DNA from: the human T2T-CHM13v2.0 reference genome, Homo sapiens
Strand: one strand, 5' to 3'
DNA: 64,000 nucleotides
NCBI RefSeq assembly: GCF_009914755.1
Contig: NC_060929.1
Below, one piece after another: positions 26,425-41,526 of the stretch (positions are counted from its first letter, which is position 1; each line of letters begins with the position of its first letter). The position numbers and the translations under genes were made by a program. Under the pieces are notes generated by a model that was given only the letters and a program-made list of their open reading frames with translations, searched no databases and had not been told where the DNA came from.

Positions 26425-26780
26425 TAGAGAGTCTGGGTGCATAGCCTGACACATGATCTTTTTGGATACTGTGTCTTCCCTTCCAAACCCTTCTAGCCCT
26501 AAATTGTTCTACAAAAAATACTCAGGATTTATGTAGGCCAGTGTTGGAATTTATAATCCCAGTAGTTTGCATTCTTCCTGAACAGGCAATAGAATAACAC
26601 TTGCTGCTTTATGGCTTTTGAACCAGACTCTACTCTCGGATTTGATGGTCCACTCACAGACTGTTCACCTCCCTTTGTTGCCGTGCCTCTGGCTCTGTTA
26701 CAGGAATCTGTACAAATTGGCCCACTCGATATGCACTGTAGTAAGCTGGATTCATGTGATATTTATTCCTTCCTCCCCAG

Positions 26781-26919
26781 GTTTGCTCTTCGTTTTATAC
26801 GGCCTGACCCTCGCAGCCGGGTCACTGACCCCGTTGGGGACATTGTTTCATTTATGCACTCTTTTGAAGAGAAATATGGGAGGGCACACCCTGTCTTCTA
26901 CCAGGGAACGTACAGCCAG
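26781..26919 (+). CDS. FAF2: FAF2 coding exon 5 (FALRFIRPDP...QGTYSQ)
   Basis: ttcctccccag acceptor, CAG|gtcagt donor, 139 nt, phase 2/0. Within ORF 26611..26961. Confidence 0.96.
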
Positions 26920-28585
26920 GTCAGTGCCATAAACCATATAGATGCCAACTTACCGAAATGATTCTATCCTCAAAGGAGAGCACAGCCCAGCACTGATCAT
27001 GTCCTTCTTGTACTCAAAAACCTTAATTAGCTCTTCACTGCTTATAGGGGTGGGTAATAAAAAAGACCAAACCTTTTAGCTGGCCCCTCTTTGATCTAAT
27101 GCTGCCCTTCTTTTGAGGTCTTTTCTGCATAACTTATTTTACCATACCCTCAGTTCCAGCTGACTCATTCCCTGAACATAGTCTGTACTTGCCTACCTCT
27201 GTGCCTTTGCTTTTGCCGGTCCATCCACGTGGAATGCCTTCCTCACATTTTTGCTAATTGGAATCTTGCCAGTCCTTCAACTAGATTATGTCACGCCCCA
27301 CTTACAGCTATCCCTGATTGTTGTGCCCTGTCCTGCCCTATCTCATCATCTAGAATACTAATCTTTCCCTTTGTTCTTCCATAGCTTTTAAAAATTGATA
27401 GCAATTTTATATTCTTTCCTATATCATTTGTGTTCGTGTCTAATCTCTGCTACCAGGCTGAAAGCCCCTTGAAGGCAAAGCCTACATCTTCTTTGATCTC
27501 TCACAGAATTGAATAAGGACATAGACCATAGACTCAGGGTAGCACATCTCATTCAACCTCAGCCATGTAGACCTTTGACTCAAGACCTCACCATTCAGGG
27601 GAGGAAAAATTAGAGTTCTGTGGGTGTTTGGTATATCTCTAGTTTGCCAGAGAAATACATAGAATTAACACTACAGGAATAGGGAAAACTATGGGAATGC
27701 TGTGGCAATAGGCAAAAGGGGGTTCTATTATGCAGCCTCCAGAATTCCTGAATCTATCTGGAGAAAGAAAAATGCTCACCCTTGCTTCCTGCTTTCATTT
27801 TCCCACATCTGCTTTTTATCATAGTCAGTCTCCTCGCTGGCTGTTCCCACCACACTCAACAAAAACTGAGCACCTGCTGTATGCCAGGCAATGTCCTCAG
27901 TGCTAGAGATACAGAGATGAGTGAGATGAGCACCTCCTGTGTACCCTCTCTGCTATGATCCTGAGGGTAGACCACCCTTGACCATGTCAGCAGTCGTACA
28001 GTGTAATGTGCTCAGGAGCACGCACAGGCAGGAGCACGCACAGGAGTCTTCGGCGCTAGCCTTGTCTTTGAAAGTCTTTTACACCCTATGCTCTTTAGAA
28101 TGCCTTTGGATCGTACAGTCCATCATTCCTACTCGATATGTGGCCTGGGATCAGGGTTGTCTTCGCAGTTATTTTTTACTTACAAGGATGTTGTAGCTGT
28201 GAAGTAGAAAAATTCTCACCTCCCTTTCATATGGTCAGATTCTCCTGTTTTTATCTTCCTTAGACTGTGGGTGCAGCTGACTTTTCTGTGGTTTGTTGGG
28301 AACCTGTGTTTGTAAGCCTGTCTACTCTCATGTGTCTGTTAAGTTTGAATCCTAACAACACTAAAACCTTTTCATTAAAGCTTGTTAGCGTGGAGTTTCT
28401 ATAGGGAGAACAATGCCAGGGGTGTGAAGGTAGGAGCTCAGGAATTTTCTGATTTCTTGCTCACCTTTTTTCCTTATTTTTCCTTTTGTTCCTAAATACA
28501 TAACTGTATCCATTAGGACCCTTAGCTTAAATATAAGCTCAAGGCACAGTCTTCTTAATAGTGAGTGACCTTCTCTTTCTCACAG

Positions 28586-28671
28586 GCACTTAACGATGCC
28601 AAAAGGGAGCTTCGCTTTCTTTTGGTTTATCTTCATGGAGATGATCACCAGGACTCTGATGAGTTTTGTCG
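28586..28671 (+). CDS. FAF2: FAF2 coding exon 6 (ALNDAKRELRFLLVYLHGDDHQDSDEFC; UAS domain)
   Basis: tttctcacag acceptor, TCG|gtaagt donor, 86 nt. LLVYLH motif of UAS domains. Confidence 0.96.
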
Positions 28672-28770
28672 GTAAGTGGATTGATTATTTTCCTTCTCTT
28701 TTCTGACTCTTTCTGGTGACAGTTTATAGTCAGCAAGTTGTTCTCATATCCTTTTCATACCTTTCCACAG

Positions 28771-28862
28771 CAACACACTCTGTGCACCTGAAGTTATTTC
28801 ACTAATAAACACTAGGATGCTCTTCTGGGCATGCTCTACAAACAAACCTGAGGGATACAGGG
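28771..28862 (+). CDS. FAF2: FAF2 coding exon 7 (NTLCAPEVIS...KPEGYR)
   Basis: ctttccacag acceptor after a 99-nt intron, GGG|gtaagt donor, 92 nt. Confidence 0.96.
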
Positions 28863-29139
28863 GTAAGTTATGTTTCTTCTGCCTCATTGAGATTGTTGGA
28901 GTATCTTTGGAATAGTCTGGAAAGACATGCCATGCCATTTATTACAAGTGTGTTTGTTCTGTGGTAGATACGACGCTAGTTGCTATTTTATATTGTCTCA
29001 TTTAATCCTCTCAGCAGTCCTGAGAGATGGGGGGTCATATTACCTTCGCTTTATGGTTTAGGAAATAGGCTCAGAGAGTTCAAGCCACTGGCTGAAGATC
29101 ACACAATTAGCAAGTTTTATTTTTTTTGTTTTTATTTAA

Positions 29140-29414
<275 letters not shown>

Positions 29415-30057
29415 TGAGCCACTGTGCCCCGCCATAATTAGCAAGTTGTAGCGTACAGTCGGGTCTGCCAGATTCTAAAGCCCGTTCTTCACATTCAGCA
29501 TTGCCAAAGCCTGCCACATTCATAGAAATACCCAGTCTTGGCTAGCAGCTTGCTTTTAATCTTAATGGGCTTTTTACTGAAGAGTTTATTCTTTTCATCA
29601 ACGATTTTAACAGAGCCCTTGCATAGTGAGTCAGTTGTTTGAGTACCTTGAGTGCTGATATGGATTTGGAAAGTTCAGATCTTTGCTGACAATAACTCTT
29701 CTTTGGAGATAAGTATTTTTAGACGGTTAGTAAAAGATACGAAGGCATCCAGTGAGGAAAAATGTAGTCATTTTTGTGGCTACTTCTATCCAGCAACTTT
29801 TGAGTTTATATTAGCATGCCACATACTGTGCCATGTCTTGAGAACCAAAGATGTGGCAGATGTTGTCCCTGCATCCCAGAGTCTGAATCTTAAGCCTAAT
29901 TGTTTTTAAACATCCAAATTCCTGCATGCGTTTTGCCATTCTAATATGGCTTTGCAGGGGGCAGAAGGGAGGTTGTGAATAGAAGGAAGGTAAGGATTTT
30001 TTTTTAATAGAAGTTTATAAAATCTCTTATTTCACACCATAAGGAAAACATAGGTAA

Positions 30058-30364
<307 letters not shown>

Positions 30365-31070
30365 TAGGATTAAAGGTGGAGCTACCAGCCCAGCCTCAAC
30401 TTTCTATTAATAAGCTTCTTTGGAACAGAAAAACTAACCTTTTTAAGGGTGGAGAAAAGTTACGTGGGGAGAAAGGATAAGGAAAGGATTAGGCAAGAGA
30501 AAAAAAAATGATGATGGAGATTATTATCAGTATCATCAGGCTGAGACTTGCAGCCTTGTGCCCTTTTAGGTTTGAGCCCTTGTACAGGGAAAAACTGTGC
30601 CAGATTCTTTATAGATCCTTTTTGTACCATCAAGTAGACATTATCCTTAAACTCTGCAGCCTTCCCTGGCATCATCACAACAACCACACCGCCACCAGGA
30701 AAGCCTGTCCTATTCTAGTCAAGCACCTAGGGATAGGCATGCAAATTGATAACAAAAACAAAAGATTACAAAACTGGGAGGAACTGGGCATGGTGGCACA
30801 CTCCTGTAATCCCTGCTTCTCAGGAGGCTGAGGTGGGAGGGTCACTTGAGCCCAGGAGCTGGAGACCAGCCTGAGCAACATAGTGAGACCCTGGCTCAAA
30901 AAAAGAAAAGAAAGAAACTAGGAGGCGGGGAAAAAGCAGAGACTAAATGATACCTCTCGTCTTCCCCAACCAGGATTAAAACAGTTCTCTCTCACTCATT
31001 GTGGAAAGTCTAAGAGTTGATCTTTTTCACCGTCAAGTCCTGCCCTTGATCTGTTGGGTCTTTTTATCAG

Positions 31071-31248
31071 TCTCACAGGCTTTACGAGAGAACACCTATC
31101 CATTCCTGGCCATGATTATGCTGAAGGATCGAAGGATGACTGTGGTGGGACGGCTAGAAGGCCTCATTCAACCTGATGACCTCATTAACCAACTGACATT
31201 TATCATGGATGCTAACCAGACTTACCTGGTGTCAGAACGCCTAGAAAG
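31071..31248 (+). CDS. FAF2: FAF2 coding exon 8 (SQALRENTYPFLAMIML...SERLE)
   Basis: tttttatcag acceptor, AAG|gtacaa donor, 178 nt. Within ORF 31001..31306. Confidence 0.96.
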
Positions 31249-31523
31249 GTACAAGGGAGTTCCCTTCTGGAACAGAGAGAGACCAGTTGTAAATTTGGAG
31301 GGCTGACCTCTGGGGCTCTACCAATCCTGACTTCTTCTGTGCATCAGGCCGCTATTAGCTTTTAGCTTTGCCCATTTATTGTCAAAATATTTACATACTT
31401 TGACCTAAATTACTCTATATCAGGTAATCTGTTCTTAGAGATGTTCAAAATAAAGACAAGGGCTGGGTGCAGTGGCTAACACCTGAAATCCTAGCACGTT
31501 AGGAGGCTGAGGCAGGAGGATTA

Positions 31524-31775
<252 letters not shown>

Positions 31776-33498
31776 TCAAGAATGTATATTGTGGCATTTA
31801 GAATAGCTGAATATAATATAAAGAACTTCGATGTAAAAAAAAAAGTGGAATGGTTATAATTCCTCTCCATTACATAAGTTATGTACATTAATTATAGGAA
31901 ATCCTAAAACCACAAAAAAGCACAAGGAAGAAATTTAAGATCACTGATAATCCTACCACCACTTGAACATTGTTATAAATTTTTTTAATTTTATACACAA
32001 CACACACCCCTATATACGTACACATTTATTTGTAAAATTGGGATAATACTTTTTTACAACCCTTCTTTATGTAAGAATATATCACGGCCTTTTCCCTCAT
32101 CATTAAATATTCTGCCACATTTTAAAAATTACTGCATAACATTCCATTATCTAAATACATCATAATTTAACCAGGCCACTCTCGTTGGATTTTTAGATTA
32201 TTTTCGGTTTGTTACTATTATAATTAGCATATAGGGAGATAATTTTTTGCAATTTGTGATGGTTTCCTTAGATTAAAATTTAAATTCCTGGAAGTGCAGT
32301 TTCTGGGTGAGACAATCAATATAAGTATATTTTAAGGCTCTTGATTTGTAATGCCAACTTGCCCTCAAGAAAGTTAAACAAACTTAAATTTTATGGAAAG
32401 TTTTTAATAACATGGGGACATGCTTGTTACATATTAGAAAAATGCAGAATCAGGCCGAGCATGTTGGCTCATACCTGTAATCCGAGCATTTCGGGAGGCT
32501 GAGGTAAGAAGATTGCTTGAACTCAGGAGTTTGAGGTCAGCCCGGGCAACATGGTGAAACCCCATCTCTACAAAAAATACAAAAATTAGCTAGGCGTGGT
32601 GGCACACGCCTGTAAGCTGAGGTGGCAGGATTGCTTTAGCCTAGGAGGTTGAGGCTGCAGTGAGTCATGATCGCACCACTGCACTCTAGCCTGGGTGACA
32701 GGCTAGCCCTGTCTCCAAAAAAAAAGAAAAATGCAAGATCAAAATCCTGTAAATAATAGCGTTATTTTAACTGTGTAAAAAAATGTATAGAACAGGAAAC
32801 TTTCCGAGGTAACTGAAATGTTCTGTCTTGATTGGAGTGGTGATTACATGGTTACATTTATCAAAATTCATTGAATTGTACATTTAAGATCTGTGCATTT
32901 CACTGCATGTAAATTTTATCTTAATTTTTAAAGATAAAATCTGTTCAACTATTTTGATTGGCTAAATATTTTGGCTAAGAGAAAACAGAAATTTGTTGGA
33001 GAGAAAATAGGAGATATGCCAAATGTTATAATGTTTTATCTTTGATTAGTGATTCTCTGAATGACTCTGAAAACTCTACATTTTCAGATCTGCTACAATG
33101 TGTGTATGGATATATATGTGTGTGTTTTGGTTTTATGAGATCAGTACAAAAATGCAGTCACCCAAAATGGTATTTACTTGTAAAATATGATATTGATGAT
33201 CCCTTCATAATAACAGTACTGTGTCACATTTGTTAGAATTAGGGGAAAAGTTTTATTTTAAAAGAGGAGAGGAAAGCTTGCTGTTTCCTTTTCTGCCAAA
33301 TTAAACTGAGAAAAAAGGTGGCTTATTCAGATTCTGCCACGCTCTGCTTTTGGAATCCCTTATGGCAGTGTGAAATCGTCATCTGCTAAGAATATCAACA
33401 TTTTTACACACACACACACACAGAAGATTTCAATATAAGAAAACACAGAACTTTGTGAGAGTGCTGTTTTTCTTCTCTTGCTTTTGATCTATTCACAG

Positions 33499-33670
33499 GG
33501 AAGAAAGAAACCAGACCCAAGTGCTGAGACAACAGCAGGATGAGGCCTACCTGGCCTCTCTCAGAGCTGACCAGGAGAAAGAAAGAAAGAAACGGGAGGA
33601 GCGGGAGCGTAAGCGGCGGAAGGAGGAGGAGGTGCAACAGCAAAAGTTGGCAGAGGAGAGACGGCGGCAG
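33499..33670 (+). CDS. FAF2: FAF2 coding exon 9 (charged coiled coil EERNQTQVLRQQQDEAYLASLRADQEK...RRRQ)
   Basis: attcacag acceptor, CAG|gtaatg donor, 172 nt. QQDxAYxxSLxAD motif of FAF1/FAF2-type UBX proteins. Confidence 0.96.
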
Positions 33671-34587
33671 GTAATGGACGTGTGGCTTTACTCCCTGTGG
33701 TTCCCAAACTGCCGAGACTTTGCCATCTTGGTCTTAAGTGTGAAAGGAAAAAATGATAGCCACCTTAAACAGACTAAGAGGGAAAAAAAAAAAGGAAAAA
33801 GGAAAGAAAAAATTACAACATGTTGGAATTAGGGGTGATTTAAATTTTTCATACCATTTAAATATTCATTCTTTTTTAAATAAAAATTTAAAAAAAGAGA
33901 CGGGCTTTGCCATATTGGCCAGGCTGCTCTCGAACTCCTGACCTCACATGATCTGCCTGTCTTGGCCTTCCAAAGTGTTGGGATTACAGGCGTGAGCCAC
34001 CATGCCTGGCCCTAAATATTCATTCTTAATACCAGTATTAGCTGATTTGGCATTTTACTCATTATCTTTTTGTTTTTGTTTTGTTTTGTTTTGTTGTTGT
34101 TTTTGTTCCCTAGCAATCAGACTGAGATATACATTATCTTATTTGATTATGTATTACCGCTTACCTATAACCAGTGTCTTTTAGTCATTTCCTTTTATTT
34201 CTTTTTTTTTTTTAAGAGACAGGGTCTCACTGTGTTGCCCAGGCTGGCGTGCAGTGGCTATTCACCAGTGCAATCATGGAGCACTACACCCTGAAACTCT
34301 TGGGCTTAAGAAGTCCTGCTGTGGCCTCTCAAGTAGCTGGAACTACAGGCACATACCATGGCACCCTGCTCCCTTTCTCCTTTTTCTCAAATAAATACCT
34401 AGACATAATAAAGAATACATGAGATGCAATTGTACTTTAAATTTAGGTTGTTTTTGACTATTCCTGAGAGGTTTTTCTTAGAATACTTAGTCATTAATTT
34501 TTCTTCTGACGACTGCGTAATAAAGCTACATGGTCATTGTATTTATTTCTTGAGCTGTAGCCTCACCTTTGCTTTGTGTCTCTGCAG

Positions 34588-34731
34588 AATTTACAGGAGG
34601 AAAAGGAAAGGAAGTTGGAATGCCTGCCCCCTGAACCTTCCCCTGATGACCCTGAAAGTGTCAAGATCATCTTCAAATTACCTAATGATTCTCGAGTAGA
34701 GAGACGATTCCACTTTTCACAGTCTCTAACA
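34588..34731 (+). CDS. FAF2: FAF2 coding exon 10 (NLQEEKERK...FHFSQSLT; start of UBX)
   Basis: tctctgcag acceptor, ACA|gtaagg donor, 144 nt, phase 0/0. Confidence 0.95.
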
Positions 34732-35419
34732 GTAAGGACCACCTAAGTTCTGTGAAGTGTATGTAGCATCTGGGCTATAGATTTGGAGCTTTTACTGACT
34801 CTTGAGAGTGGTGTTGGTGTATCTGCTGCTCTGATGAACAGGGAACAGAGAGAGAGAGAGAGAGATGGGTATGCCATCCGTGGACACCAGGAAGAGTACC
34901 GAGGACTGCTGTAGGCTCCTTCAGTTCTAGTTTCCAACTCAAAGCAATTTTTAAGTTTTTGTTTAATTATGTTTCGGCTCTGCTAAGAAAAAAAGGTACC
35001 TTACATAAGTCCCTCAAAAGACTTGTGTGTTTGAAGATGGGAGGCTCTTCCATGCTGTCTTCCTGCATTGGCTTCAGAATCCCACCAGAACCCCTGCTCT
35101 GTAGGAAAAGCTCTGTCTCCAGTGACCTAAAAGCACTGAAGTGACATATCTGAATATAAGTGCACTTGCAGTTTGGATGCAGTTGTCTCTCTCTTTCTAC
35201 TCAGCCCAAAGGAAGCCCCATTTTCTGAGGCTACTTTATGTATATGATAGCCATGTGATAGTGTTTGTCATTTCCACATGGAAGTCATTAAAAGCAGAAA
35301 CTCAAGAGCCTCACAGCATGAGGATCAAATTTTCATTCTTCCAGGGTTACTAGATGTGTTTCCTTAGTCAGTTTATTTAATTTCTAAGCCTCAATTTCTT
35401 CATCTGTAAAATGGGTTTA

Positions 35420-39644
<4,225 letters not shown>

Positions 39645-40039
39645 TTAAGAAATGAAGGACTGCTTTACACAGAGGGGTATAAAACCCAGAGAATTCATCA
39701 TTTTGAGAGATGTATCAAAAAGAAAATGGAATAGATTCCTCCCAAAAAGGAAAAATAACTTGAATGGTATGTTCGTCATCTTTGGGGTTGATCTGAATGA
39801 GGTTGGCAGAATTGTTGTTAGAAGTAGAATGCTAGATGGAGAGGCCACAGAGCAGGGACAGGGAGAGATGACAGTGGCCTGTTCCACAGGCATCTCACAC
39901 ACAGTTTAAGTTTTAGCATCCTGGACTCTCCTAATACTGCCTCCCTTCTCACTAAGGATTTTAACTGTGCCTTGTCAGAGCCAGAGCAGGGTAAGGAGGG
40001 CATTCCCACAGACAGGAGATTCATATGAGGTGCAACACA

Positions 40040-40455
40040 TTTATTGTATTGTATTTTTTTGTCCATAGGTTATTGGGGAACAGGTGGTGTTTGGTTACAT
40101 GAGTCAGTTCTTTAGTGGTGATTTGTGAGATTTTGGTGCACCCATCACCCGAGCAGTATACACTATACCCTATTTGTAGTCTTTTATCCCTCACCCCTTC
40201 CCACTCTTCCACACAAGTCCCCAAAGTCCATTGTATCATTCTTTTGCCTTTGCGTCCTCATAGCTTAGCTCCCACATATCAGTGAGGACATATAATGTTT
40301 GATTTTCCATTTCTACTTACTTCGCTTAGAATAATAGTCTCCACTCTCATCAAGGTCGCTGTGAATGCCATTAATTCATTCCTTTTTATGGCTGAGAAGT
40401 ATTCCATCATATATATATATCACAGTTTCTTTATCCACACGTTGATTGATGGGCT
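40040..40455 (-). mobile_element. L1PB-like 3' end, antisense
   Basis: ttattggggaacaggtggtgtttggttacatgag...gtccccaaagtccattgtatcattc matches the L1PB 3'UTR as recalled. Confidence 0.8.
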
Positions 40456-41343
40456 TAAAACTGGATCCTTGGCTGGGCACGGTGGCTCACGCCTGTAATC
40501 TCAGCACTTTACGCCTGTAATCCCAGCACTTTGGGAGGCCGAGACGGGAGGATCACAAGGTCAGAAGATCGAGACCATCCTGGCTAACACGGTGAAACCC
40601 CATCTCTACTAAAAATACGAAAAAATTAGCCAGGCGTGGTGGTGGGCGCTTGCACTCCCAGCTACTCAGGAGGCTGAGGCAGGAGAATAGCGTGAACCTG
40701 GGAGGCGGAGCTTGTGGTGAGCTGAGATGGCGCCATTGCACTCCATTCAGCCTGGGCAACAGAGCGAGACTCTCTCAAAAAAAAAAAAAACAAAAAAAAA
40801 AAACTGGATCCCTTTGCTATTATATAAAAGATAATTGGCAAAACTTGAATAGGGCCTGAATAATAATATGTTATAGAAATAATGTGTCAGTTACATTTCC
40901 TGATTTTGAGAGCCAAGTTGTGGTTATATAGAAGATTGTCCTATTAGTCCGTGATCACCTCAGAATACTTGAGGCCATGTGTCTTACAGTTAGCACTTCA
41001 CTCTCAACTGAGTTAAAGAAAAAAATTAAGTGTCCTATACTTCCAACTTTTCTGTAACTTTGTGATTATTTCTAAGTTAGCATTTTATCAGACACCTCAA
41101 AGAAGAGACAGATTAATTCAGAGTAGGACTAGTGTTGGGCTTGTGTAATTTCTTTTAAAAGGGCTGCCCCATGTATATGCCATGGGAAATGAAAAGATTA
41201 GAATTCCAGTGTAATGTGATTCTTTCCTATAGAGTCATCCTGGGGAGAGTTGGGGTATATTTGACTTCAGAGTTGTGTGTGCGTGTGTGTGTGTGTATTT
41301 CTGTTTTTCTCACCACCCTTCTTTTTCTATATGACCTCTGCAG

Positions 41344-41526
41344 GTAATCCACGACTTCTTATTCTCCTTGAAGGAAAGCCCAGAAAAGTTTCAGATTGAA
41401 GCCAATTTTCCCAGGCGAGTGCTGCCCTGCATCCCTTCAGAGGAGTGGCCCAATCCCCCTACGCTACAGGAGGCCGGACTCAGCCACACAGAAGTTCTTT
41501 TTGTTCAGGACCTAACTGACGAATGA
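41344..41526 (+). CDS. FAF2: FAF2 terminal coding exon 11 (VIHDFLFS...NFPRRVL...DLTDE*; UBX domain with FPR p97-binding loop)
   Basis: ctctgcag acceptor, then 60 codons and TGA at 41524-41526. FPR motif typical of UBX domains. Confidence 0.96.
   Translation, partial: VIHDFLFSLKESPEKFQIEANFPRRVLPCIPSEEWPNPPTLQEAGLSHTEVLFVQDLTDE

Noticed and set aside
28672-28770. 99-nt (3n) intron 6 as an in-frame retained intron
   Set aside because: Retention reads CGG TAA, an immediate stop, so no in-frame insertion is possible.
34749-34757. TTCTGTGAA resembling the Roquin CDE loop
   Set aside because: Only a 3-bp stem forms and the flanks do not pair, unlike true CDE hairpins.
40490-40533. 22-bp direct repeat acgcctgtaatc(t/c)cagcacttt
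   Set aside because: A small slippage duplication inside an Alu 5' end. It is not a CRISPR-like or functional array.
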